This document shows positions 39,801-51,426 of a stretch of 64,000 nucleotides of DNA, piece after piece (within the stretch, counting starts at the first letter, position 1; every line of letters begins with the position of its first letter). The translations under genes were made by a program, and so were the position numbers. The DNA comes from Monocercomonoides exilis PA203 (Eukaryota; Protista; Preaxostyla): the NCBI GenBank assembly GCA_001643675.2, contig LSRY02000010.1, positions 1,736,001 to 1,800,000 on the forward strand, written 5' to 3'. Below the pieces are notes generated by a model. It was given only the letters and a program-made list of their open reading frames with translations. It searched no databases and had not been told where the DNA came from.

Positions 39801-42800
39801 TTTCTTCCGCTGCTTCTCTGTGTCGACTTTGCTGTTTTATCCGAATTAATTTTTGCCTCCTCAGACTCATTGACGTGATTGACCCGTGTAATAAACCCGT
39901 ATTTCCCGTTCTCTTCCTCAACCCGGACACAAGTGAACGGAGTTTCCCTCATCAAATACAGCGAGGGCTTTGCCTGTGCCCTGCGGAGATAGTCAGACAG
40001 ATGCTCAAACCGTTCAGCTGCTGAGCATCTTTCAGGAAGCGTATTGTTTTTGCATTCAGTCAATGAAGTGTCTGTGTGTGTGTGTCGCATTGCTGATGGG
40101 GATGAGAGTGACAGTGGTTTCATCGCATACGGCGAGTGCGGAAGAGAAGGAGAAAACGCATATTGTGTAAGTTGTGTGGCATCTGATTGATAAACAGCTG
40201 ACGCTGATGCTGTTACAGTTCCTTCTTGTGTGATTGCCTCATTCATCACAATCTGCTCCACATTCGCTTTTTTCAGGTCGGTGTATGTTTTGTCAGGCGA
40301 CATGGGGAAGAGGGAGTATTGTGCATACGGCGATATCTTCACTTTGAGCGAGGGTGTGTTCAGTGAAGGCGGAGTCACAATCTTCGGGCTGATTGGAATG
40401 AGAGACAATGTCAGCGAAAGAGACGAGGCAGAACAAGAAGGATGTTTGCCTTGGCTGAAGAGAGCAGTTGGTACAAGCAGAAAGAGCGGTATCTTCGAAG
40501 CATCATCGGGCGATGACACGACAAGAACGTTGCTTTGTGTGATGCAGGAATACAGCAGCGTGCGCCATTCTGATACAAAATCGATTTCGGAGGATGTGTT
40601 GTTTGATTCTTCGTCTTCTCTTTCTCCTTCTTTCCCTTCTTCTTTCCCTTCTTCTTCCAGTTCTCTCAAATAAGCCATCCTTCTGTCGTTCCCCTTCATT
40701 CCATCATCATCATCATCATCAAACATACCAGAAACATCGCCCTCTTCTTCTTCAATTGCATCCATCTGGTTCTGTCTCAATGCTTCTGCCTTCTGTTGCC
40801 TTTGCTTGTATCTCAGAATGTGCTCTTGTGAGGCATAAGAAGGGTTGAGTGTGACAACAGCAGCAGGCGCTACTTCATCCAGAAAAGAAGAGAGAAGCGT
40901 GCTGAAACAGGAAGGAAGGAAAGTTGATGGACTGTGAGAGGACAATAACATTGAAGTGGATGTGGAAGAAGAGGAAGAGGAAGAAGAAGAAGAGCTTAAT
41001 CCTTCAGCATTAACAGCATCGTCATCTCCTGAAGAGAAGGGGAACAAGAACTGCGCAGAAAGTGGGGTGTTTGAGTTAAGAAGAGCAGGGAATGTGAGGT
41101 TATAGCCAGACAGCGGGTGGAGAATGAGCGGGAAGCAGTTGAACACATCCAGCACAGGAGAAGTGAATGAAGTGTCGGAGGAATGCTGAGGAGAAGCAGA
41201 AGAGAGAGAAGGAAATTCTGATTGAGAAGCAGAAGAAGCAGAAGAAGCAGAAGAAGAAGAAGAAGAAGAAGGAAGAGGAGGAGGAGGATGATGATAACTT
41301 AAATGAGTGACTGTTCCTGCTGATGTTTTGGTTGTGGTGTAAGTGGCTGAGAGGTCGATGCTCAATGAAAAATGTTTGTGCTGTGTGATTGTATGGGGAA
41401 GCACAGAAGGCGGCTGGAAGAACTTCGAGTGGATGGATGAGTGTGGATCTGGCTGCAGATACTTCAAAAGATCAGTCGGAGGGAAGGGGTATTTTGAGGG
41501 TGTGGTTTGAGAAGAAGAAGAAGATGGAGATGGAGATTTGGTTGTTGATTGTGCTATTGATGTTGATGTTGTTGATGATGCTGATGAGTGAGATGTTTCT
41601 GTAATTGGCTTAGATGATACTGTGTTAGTTGTGAGGCTGGTTGCAGAGTCTTTTGGTGTATTAGAATAAATAGAGGAAGTTGCAGAAATTGTGTCTGAAG
41701 AAACAAAAGGAATAACAGAAGAAGAAGAAGAAGAAGAAGAAGAAGAAGACGGTGCAGGAAGGAAAGAGAATCCTTGCGTTTGTGCTGAGAATGGCACATT
41801 TGATGCAAATTGAGGGGCGGTTGCTGTTGTTGAAGAATAAGAGAAAGAAGAGGAGGAGAAGGAAGAAGAAGAAGAAGAAGAAGAAAGATTATTTAATTCC
41901 ATTCTGTTCTGTGAATAAAAAGAAGGAGGCAGAAAAGTACCTTGTTGAGGATAAGGCAATTGATTTGTCTGTTGATAAGGAGAATACGAGGAAGAAACTA
42001 AATTGGATGCAGTTCGCACGGCTTTTGGTGCCTGTAGTTGAATTTGGCTGTTATCGTTGGAGATTTGTGAGGAAGTTGTGGGAAGAGAGGAAGAAGAAGA
42101 AGAAATAGAGGAAGAAGCAGGAGAAGAAAGAGAAGAAAGAGAAGGAGAAGGAGAAGAAAGTGCAGAAGGAGGGAAAGAAAGTGCTGTTGCTATGAATGGA
42201 ACCTGCGCGCGGATAGAAGGGCAAATCATTCGTGTGGCAGCGACAATAGCAGAAGAAGAAGAAGAAGAAGAAGAATTCTTCAATGCAGAAGCAAACAACA
42301 AAGGAAGAGCAGACAAGAAAGAGGCAGCTGATTGGTGTTGCTGTGAAATTGAGTCTGTTTTCTTCAGGAAAATCGACTGAACAATGCTTGTCTTTGTGGG
42401 CGAAGGATATTTGGGAAACCAGAGAAGGGCGTGAGTGGCTGTATTCACTTTGTAAGTGGTTGTGAACACAGACTCCGCATATCTGACAGGAAACGTGTTG
42501 ATGATGGCTGTTCCAGATGACCTTTTCACACCTGCTTTCTCTTGCGAGGCAGCAATCGACGAGGCAATGGCGCAGCTGTGGGTGAATGGCGTGTCGCCGT
42601 CTGTGTCTTCGAGGGGGTCCCATGCATTGAAGGGGACTTTCTTCTTCTTGTCGGCCTCTTTCTTCTTTGGAAACATCTTTAGCTTGTGCGGCGGGCGCCC
42701 TTTGCGTTTTGGCTGGGACGGGACGATGGATGTTTGGGATGAGAATGAAGAGGAAGAAGAGAAGGAAGAAGAAAGGGAAGAAGGGGAAGAGGAGGAGGAA

Positions 42801-45800
42801 GAAGAAGAAGAGATATCTATCAACTGTGCTGGAAATGGAAGTTGCATTGCTCCTGCTCCTGCTGCTGCTGTTACTGCAGTTGTTGCTGTTGTTGAATGAA
42901 TGGCAGAAAGAGAAGTGTTCAATGGGAAGCCGATCGGGTTGTTTGCTTTGTCCATCTGATATGGATCTGCTGAGCGATATGCAGCGACAGGAAGATTTCC
43001 CATTAGGTTTAAAGACGAAGGCGCAGAAAATGAAGGGAAAGGCTGTGAAGCAAAGGAAGTTCTGTCTAAAGTGCCGAAGCTGTTGGGGTTGATAGAGCTG
43101 GGCTGGGGTGGGAAAGGAGGGATGTTTGAAGGATTTTGGTTGAGGGGCGACAGATGGAGGGAGGGGTTTGTGATGCTGAAGAAGGAGTATGATTGGAATT
43201 GGGCTGTTTTGAGTGGGTCAATGGGGGATGAAGAAGTTGTTGTTGTTGAAGAAATGTTATTCGAAGTTGCTTGTGACTGTACAGTTGGAGTTGCCTGCAA
43301 CGAAGCATTAGCCGATGAAGTGTTCAAAGGCGAAGAAGAAATAATTCCCTCTTCCGGTGTTTTTATCTCCATCCCATTATAATCCTGAGCAAATAATGTC
43401 TTGCCGGAATTCTCCTGCGACTCCAAATTTGTTATTTCTCCGTCCGCCTCTTCCATCTGCTGCTTCTCCATCCTCCTTTCATGCCTTCTATTCCCCTCTT
43501 CCTCTGATTCTGACAGAGTGTTCTGGGACTTTGAGGGAGAAGGAGAACGAGAGCGAGAGCGAGAGAGAGAGCGGGAGTCAGAGCGCTGTAAGGTGCGGAA
43601 GGAAGGCGAGGAAGGCGAGCGGAAGCGGAGGGTGGGGAGAAGCGGGGCACGAACAGGCGAGCCGGCATCTGCAGGCGAAAGAGGAGGGGTGAAAGGGATG
43701 GGAGAAGTGACTCCTTCTGCATCGAGGTCGGTGGGGGAAGGGTTGGCGAGGTCGGAGGGAGAGGCAGTGATTGAGATAGAAACAGAGGCAGAGGCAGAAG
43801 GAGCAGAGGAAGGGAATGAAGAGCGGGTGAGTTCAGGGTCGGGGTCAGGTTTGAGGTCGGAGAGGGAGAGAGAGCCGAATGTGGGTTGGGATGTGGATGT
43901 TGGGTGGAGAGGATAAGAGGAAGAAAGAGAAGAAGAAGAAGAAGGCAGATGTGCAGAAGCAGAAGAACCAACCGAAGCAGAAGTGGCGTTGGGTGAAAGA
44001 GGAGGAAACACAACCGGGGCAAAGAATGAAGGCGGAAGCGCTGTTGGTGCTGGAACTGCCATTGATTGTGGCTGGATGGTTGGAGGAAGCTCAGGAACAA
44101 GGGCATTTAGCACAGGCGCCACAAGAGAATAGAGAAATCTGGGGAAGTGGAAGAGAGAGAAGACAGAGCATCTCTTCAGTTTGCTGTTTTCTGTGGGAAT
44201 TCCAAGGCAGTTCCAGCGAAATGCGCTGCTGCTGTTATTCTCTGCATTGAACCCGATTCCATTTCCATTGAAGTTTTCATTGATATTTCCATTTCCAATG
44301 AAATCTCTGTCATTACAAACTTCTCCATTCTCGTCCTCTTCAGCCACATCGTCTGCTGTCCCTGCTCCTTCACAGTCAACAGACACACACGTCCCATTCA
44401 ATATGCCTTTCATCGCACACAGCAGAGCATCATTAATAGGATCTGTGCCAATACAACAGTGGCTTCTGTTGCTAATGCTTCTTCTTCTACTTTTGCTGTT
44501 ATTATTGTGAAGGTGAATGCAGTTATGTTCTGGTTGTATTGTGGAGATTGATGCTTCAGAAGCACTTTCAGTGAAGTCGTTGTGTGTTGATTCTTTTCCT
44601 ATTGATTGTTCTGGTTCTTCTTTGATCATTTTTGTTGCTTCTGTCATTTTCTCTTTTTTTGCTTCTGCTTCAATTTTTGTATTTTCCACAGGCGATGTTT
44701 CAGAAGCAGAGTTCATGGCAGGTTTTTGCTGGGTCATTGTGATATGCACTTTGGATGTCTTGATAGTCACTTTTGTGCCTGATGTAGATACAACGCCAGA
44801 TGATGTTGAGTTCTGACTGAGAAGATTGCTAGCTTCTTTGAGTTTGTCTGGTGTTCCTGTCAAACTTGCATCTGTTTCATTTTGGCATTCGCTTTTGATT
44901 TCGGTTTGTTGAATAAGATTTTGCTGATGTTGTTGAGTAAGTGAAATGTCATTCTGTTGCTGTTTTGAATCCGCATAATTGAAACTTGAACTGTTATCTT
45001 GTTGTTGTTGTTTAGCACTGTCAATTTGTTTATAATGATGATGATGATGATGATGATGTCGATGATGATGACGACGACGTTGTTGTTGTTGTTGTTGATC
45101 TTGCTGAATAACTTCATTATCATTCTGAATATTTTCCATATTTCCATCCATTTTGTGACTCCTTCTGTGTTTGTTGTGCGGATTGTGGTGATGATGATGG
45201 CGTCTGTGCTTGTGTCCCACTGAAATTGGCATCGTGTTCATAATCTGCTGGTACAGCCTTTCTCTCTTTGTTGCTGCGAGAATGTGGAAGGGAACGAGAA
45301 GAAGGCGCTCAACTTCAGAAAACGTGGCTTTGCCTGCAGTGAGGATTGGAGTCAGCTTGGAGAGGAAGGCTGATTGGGATGCTGTTGAATAAAAAGGAAA
45401 TTTGAAAAATAATAATTGTGTGTGTTGATTTAGAAATTATTGAATAAAATAAAATAAATAAAATAAATAAACAAATTTTTGAAATCCAATAACATTTAAA
45501 AAGAATTCGTTTGATTATTTTTTAACTTGTCAAAAAGAATAATAAAACTCTTTCCTTAAAACCCCACTCCATTAAAACCCTTTCATACCTCCTGCATTCG
45601 AATACATCGCATTCACATTCTTTGTTCTTCTCTTCTCTTCCTCTTCGTCGTCTCTCCCGTAAAAAAACGCAGAAGGCGGCGGAGTGAAAAGCGATGCAAT
45701 AAGCGGAGGTGTGATCAAAGCGCCGAGGTGTTTTCTGTGGTTGTGCGAAAATGTGTTCTTGTCCAAGTCAATTGCAGCGAACGAGGTGGCCAGCGGCGGC

Positions 45801-47803
45801 TGGAAGAAGTGCATGGCAGAGGGAACGTGGCTGCGGGTGGGAAAAGCAGAGGAGAGAAGGAGAGTGGAGAAGAAGGAGGACCAGGTGCGGGGAGGAGTTG
45901 GTTGGTGCAAGGGATATGAAAACGGGGTGATTGAGGTAGACGCAGGATCAATAGAAGCACTGTTGTTGTTATTATTGTTATCTGCTTCTATTGTGTTAGA
46001 TGCTGGTGTGTTTGACTGCAAAGGAAGAGGGACTGAGGTTGAATGATCATCAGGTGATGTGCTGTGTTTGAAGTGCGAAGATTTGCCAGGCGAATGAAGC
46101 GGAACAGAAGATGATACATTTTGCTGAAGTGGCTGGTTGAGTTGCTGGCTGAGAGATTCATTAGAAACTGAAGTGGATGAAAAGCCAGAAGAATGAGGAG
46201 AGGAATTTGGAGAGAGAAAAGATGAAGGTGTTTGCTGATTGCTCTGTTGAGGAGGCTGTTGCGGTTGATTATTATGATGGCGATGATAATGGTTTTGGTG
46301 AAGGCGTTTGTGATGATTATGATTACGATGATGATGTTGATGTTGATGTTGATGATGAATGTGTTGTGTGTTTGGATTGAGCGAAGATGAAGGAGAAAGA
46401 GAATCTGTCTCAGACAATGTTTCGGATGACGATAGCTGAGACGCTGAGGATGAGGAAGAATAAGAAGAACAAGAGGAAGAATAACGTGAGCGGGAAGAAG
46501 AAGAAGAAGATGATGATGATGATGATGATGAGGATGATGATGATGATAGTGACCCTTGGTTCATCAAAGAAGAGGCAGCTGTGTTTTCGGAGTCTGTTGA
46601 CGATGTTGTGGAAGTGGACGAGTCTTCACTCGCACTGAAGCTCTCATCTTCGTCTTCGTATTCAGAATAAATGGATTTTTCCTTGTTTTCTTTTGCCTTT
46701 TGGGAAGCTCCTTTTCCGAAAGCCCCACCGAAAGAACCCGAATCCGTTTCCATTGATGATAGCAAAGCAGAATTTGGTGTCTTTTTTGTTTCGTTATTTG
46801 CATCTTCGTTGTTGTTTGATTTTCCGAGAATGGATGAATTCTTATTGCTAGCTTCGCTAGTAATATCGTTATTAAAAGTTTCGCTGCTTTCCTTGCTATT
46901 TAATACGCTTATCCTTTGACTACTGGCATTGCTCTTCATCCCTTCACGAGCCTTCCCTCCCTTATCATAGATCCCACTCATCGATTCCGTCTCGCTTTTA
47001 TCTGCGGACTCTGTTTTCGAATCGTTGTCATTTTCTTCGTCAATCTCTTTTTGCTCATTTCTAGCCTCCTCCTTCTCCATGTTTATGTCTTTATCTTGTT
47101 TCTCGATATCTTCTTTAGTATTCTCGTTTTGCTTCTGTTTGTTCCAGGTTTCGTCTGCAGTATGCTTTGTTTCTCTTTTTTCTCTGGTTAAGATTGTTTG
47201 TTCATCAATTGATTTCTTTTCTGGATTGCTTTTGACATCATCAGAATTAAGCATTCTTCTTTTTCCTCTCCTTCCGACTTTACTTGTATTTCTACCTCTT
47301 CCTGCTCCTACACTTCTACCAACTGCTCCCGTTTTCCCTTTGCTGCTAGTTCCTCTTCCACCTGAAATAGCTCCTCTTTTCTTTCCTCGAATTCTATTTT
47401 TTTTCAAATTCCACCCAGTGTTCGTTTCTTTTTCACTTCCTCGTTCCTCTTTCCATCTATTCCAGTTATTTCCGGATTTTTCATTTGATGCTCCATGGCG
47501 AGATGAAAGTGGATTCAACAAACCAAGTAAAATAGCTGCTGTTGTGTTTTGAGCAGCGGCAAATGGGAAAAATGAAACTGACGAAGATGGATTCAGAAGA
47601 GAAACGAATGCACATAGCACACGGATCTCGGACTTTGTGGTTGAAATCGATTCTTCAAGTGCTCGTGAATACAGCACGGGAAGATCACATAAAGGAGCTG
47701 GGGAAAGATGAAGAGGATGAGATGTTGCTAAATGAAAAGTTGGCATTTTCAGATTGTTATCCAATGACGATCCTTTTCGATGACGATCATTGGAATCAGC
47801 CAT
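36833..47803 (-). CDS. Very large (about 3,587 aa) low-complexity protein of unknown function; 2 exons (intron 45588-45382)
   Basis: The 743-codon and 2,802-codon ORFs join in frame through a GTATGA...CAG intron (G|CA, then SQSAFLSKL...QQIMNTMP). Poly-S, H and Q tracts alternate with hydrophobic blocks. Confidence 0.75.
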
Positions 47804-48063
47804 ATCGGGTACAAAGACTTTCTCAAATTAAATTAATTACCCATAATAATTTCCTTTTGTGATTGTTCAAGATTAAAACTGTTTATGCAAAAAAAGTTAG
47901 ACATTTTCTATTTATCCTTATTGCTTGTAAAAAATATTTTTTTTGCTGTGTTTCAAATAAAACAAAAAAAAACAATGTGAAAACTATATGCGAAATATTT
48001 TTTTTTTGAAATTCCTAAAATTGAATATATTTTTAGACATTCTATTATTGGTTTTGAAATTCA

Positions 48064-48066
<3 letters not shown>

Positions 48067-48149
<83 letters not shown>
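48067..48149. repeat. (CA)n microsatellite, about 41 units
   Basis: Pure acacac... run, about 260 bp upstream of the giant gene's ATG. Confidence 0.97.
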
Positions 48150-48150
<1 letters not shown>

Positions 48151-48485
48151 CTGAAATAAAAATTCTTTTTAAATACATTTTGTTGATAATTCATAAATTT
48201 TTCACAATCATATTGTTTTTGAAAATATTTTTTTGAAATATAAAAAAAATAATAACTCATTTTCAACCTTTTCATGGGTGAATTATTGTGGAATTTAATT
48301 ATTTGTTAACAACGAGAATCATATTTTTGTGAAAGTTAAATATAAAAGAATATTCATAGAAAAGATGAAAAATTAAATTTGTTTGAAAATCAAACTTCTG
48401 TGTCAATAAACACTGTTTTTTTGTGTAAACATTATTATTAAAATCAATGTCTTAATTTTCAAATCTTTCTTTTTTTTGGGTGATA

Positions 48486-48775
48486 CAGCTATCGCATAAA
48501 ATACCGGACATCGCACAAAATACCGGACAAGATCGATATCTCAATAACCGCAAGAAGAAAAATTCTGTTAATTTTCCTCAAAATATATCTCATTGATACA
48601 AACTCACGTGACATACAAGACTTTCATAATAGCTTCATTTGTGCCCTGAGAAAATAAAAAAAGAAAACTCGGAGAAACTCAAAATCCTATTTCTCCGAGT
48701 TTTCTTTTATTTTAACTTTTTCTTGTATTTTGTGCGATCTTGTCCGGTGATCTCCGGTATTTTATGCGATAGCTG
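48486..48775. mobile_element. Foldback MITE-like element, copy 2 (290 bp, perfect 23-bp TIRs, TA-flanked, right arm internally deleted)
   Basis: TA|CAGCTATCGCATAAAATACCGGA ... TCCGGTATTTTATGCGATAGCTG|TA; central AAGAAAACTCGGAGAAA-CTCAAAATCCTA-TTTCTCCGAGTTTTCTT. Confidence 0.9.
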
Positions 48776-49235
48776 TAGTTTTTGAAATCATATTTTTTCA
48801 ACATAAAATTTTGGTTCAAAATTCACTTTTGAATATTCACAAACGAACAGTAAAAAATGAAAAGGCTCATAGAAGACATCTTCATCTTTGTTTGAGTGAA
48901 AACATTTGTTTTTAAAAATGTGTGATAAATGATCAAATTGAATACAAAATTTCTTCTTAATTACTAAAAAACTTTGAAAAAATGACACACCGAATAAAGA
49001 TGAGTTCAAAAATAATCACCCAGATAATATTCATTTGAAAAAAAACAGAATAGAAATTATTTTCTAAGCCAATAATCGAGTGAAAAAAAGAAAAAGATAT
49101 CACAAAATAATTCAGTCATTTTCCAATATTTGTTGAAAAATTAAGTCGCAATCACATATAGAAATTCAAGAAATAAAAAACTTTATATTCGAATTAATTG
49201 TATAAATGTTAAAAAAAAATAACGTTTGGAATATG

Positions 49236-49592
49236 CAGATATCGCACAAAATACCGGACAAGATCGATTTTACAATAACAGCGAGAGTAATAATTCTGGC
49301 AATTTTCCTCAAAATATATCTCATTAATACTAATTCATTTGAAATATAAGACTTTAGAAATAGCTTCATTTGTTCAAAGAGATTATTATTAAAATCTCGG
49401 AGAAACTCAAAATTTCATTTCTCCGTAATCTCAATCATTAGTTTTTTTCTGATCACAAATGAGGCTATCTAGAAAGTTTTATATTTCAAATGAATTAGCA
49501 TTAATGAGATATATTTTGAGGAAAACTGCCAGAATTATTACTCTCGCTGTTATTGTGAAATCGATTTTGTCCGGTATTTTATGCGATATCTG
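49236..49592. mobile_element. Foldback MITE-like element, copy 3 (357 bp, near-perfect palindrome)
   Basis: TG|CAGATATCGCACAAAATACCGGACAAGATCGATTT ... AAATCGATTTTGTCCGGTATTTTATGCGATATCTG|TA; central CGGAGAAA-CTCAAAATTTCA-TTTCTCCG. Confidence 0.9.
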
Positions 49593-49985
49593 TATCTTCA
49601 AAAAATAATTTTCCCAATTGACTAAAATATTTTGTGTACAAAAATAGATATTATAAATACAATGAAAATTTTGAATTTGCATAAAATTTAAAAATAAAAT
49701 GCTTGAAGGAGATACAAGTTTTCCAGAAAATTAATTATAACAAAAAAAAGATATAGTTCATAGAAATGTTTGATTTAAAAATTGATATATTCAAATTTAA
49801 TATTTTGAAAATTTTTTGCTTTTATTTATAAATAAAACAATGATAATTTTTAAAGATTTTCAGAAAAGAAAAACATGTAATTGACAAATTGATCAAAACC
49901 ATTTATACTTAACTTCAAAAGTTATGCTATGGGTTGCATTTTGTTGCTCACATCTTTAACAACAACAACTTTCATCATATAACAA

Positions 49986-51426
49986 ATGGCAGAAATCGCT
50001 GCTCGTCTTTTGCAAACCGCTGCTAAACGTGACCCAGACCAGAAGGAAGTTTGTTTTGTTTTTGTTGAAAATTGACGTATTTTCATATTTGACATGTTTT
50101 TATTTATTCTCTCTCGTTTTGAATTTGTTCAAATGTTTATTCAATTAGTTCCTCCAAGCTGTTAAGACAGTTGTTGAAGGACTGATTCCCCTTTGGGAAC
50201 AGCGCCCCGAACTCGAAGAAGTGATGGCTCGTTTGATTGAACCAGAACGTATTTTCACTTTCCGTGTTGCATGGTTGGATGACCATGGAAAGATTCAAAT
50301 TAACCGTGGTTTCCGTGTTCAATACAACTCTGCCATTGGTCCATACAAGGGAGGACTGCGTTTCCATCCATCAGTCAATCTTTCAATCATCAAATTCTTG
50401 GGATTCGACCAAATCTTCAAGAATTCTCTTACAACCCTTCCCATGGGAGGTGGGAAAGGAGGTTCTGATTTTGATCCAAAGGGAAAATCAGATGCTGAAG
50501 TTATGCGTTTCTGCCAATCGTTCATGACCGAATTGTTCAGATACATTGGTCCAAATATTGATATTCCAGCTGGTGATATCGGTGTTGGTGCAAGAGAAAT
50601 TGGATACATGTATGGTCAATACAAGCGTCTCACCCATGCAGTTGAAGGTGTTTTGACGGGAAAAGGACAGACATGGGGAGGATCTCTTATTCGTCCAGAA
50701 GCTACTGGATTTGGAGGATTGTACTTTGCTTCTGAAATGGTTGCTTATCAAAAACAAGAAATTGCAGGAAAGACTATCTGCGTCTCAGGATTCGGAAATG
50801 TTGCATGGGGTGCTTGCTTGAAAGCTGCTCAATTGAAAGCCAAAGTTATCACCATCTCTGGACCAGATGGATATGTTTATGATGAAGAAGGAATCAACAC
50901 ACCAGAGAAAATTGCATATCTTCTTCGCCTTCGTGCAACATGCCAGGATATTGTTGCTCCATATGCTGAACAATTCCCCAAGGCCCAATTCTTCCCAGGA
51001 AAGAAACCGTGGGAAAGGAAATGCGACATTGCACTTCCATGCGCCACACAAAATGAACTCGATGCTAATGATGCTGCTATGCTTCATGCAAATGGCTGCA
51101 AGTTTGTTGTTGAATTGTCCAACATGGGCTGCACACACGAAGCTCTTGAATACTGCCAGTCACACGACATGATCTATGCACCAGGTATTGCCTGCAATGC
51201 TGGTGGTGTTGCTGTCTCTGGACTTGAAATGTCACAAAACTCAATCAGATTGCGCTGGAAGGCTGAGGAAGTCGACCAACATCTTCAGCGTATCATGAAG
51301 GATATCCACAAGCAGTGCGTTGAGGCTATGACCCAATTCCACAAACCAAATGACTATGTCTTTGGAGCAAACGCTGCTGGTTTCCTCAAGGTTGCAACTG
51401 CAATGATTGAACAGGGCTGCGTGTAA
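49986..51426 (+). CDS. gdh: Hexameric-type glutamate dehydrogenase (bacterial GdhA/GdhB-like); 2 exons (intron 50049-50148)
   Basis: DPDQKE|FLQAV, NRGFRVQYNSAIGPYKGGLRFHPSVNLSIIKFLGF, PMGGGKGGSDFDPKGKSD, PAGDIGVGAREIGYM, RPEATG, SGFGNVA, NAGGVAVSGLEMSQN. Confidence 0.95.

Noticed and set aside
36833-47803. Many antisense and alternative-frame ORFs over this and the other large genes
   Set aside because: Expected shadows of low-complexity or GC-richer coding sequence, with no independent motifs.
47984-48275. ORFs encoding (TH)n or (CV)n
   Set aside because: They are translations of the (CA)n microsatellite.
49166-49682. Short ORFs here and at 16345-16587 that resemble each other
   Set aside because: The similarity comes from the inverted arms of the foldback elements; there are no transposase motifs.
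890-51426. Stop-codon reassignment (TAA/TAG to Gln, as in some protists)
   Set aside because: PABP, RPS7 and GDH end at TAA at their expected C-termini, and in-frame stops elsewhere fall inside GT-AG introns.
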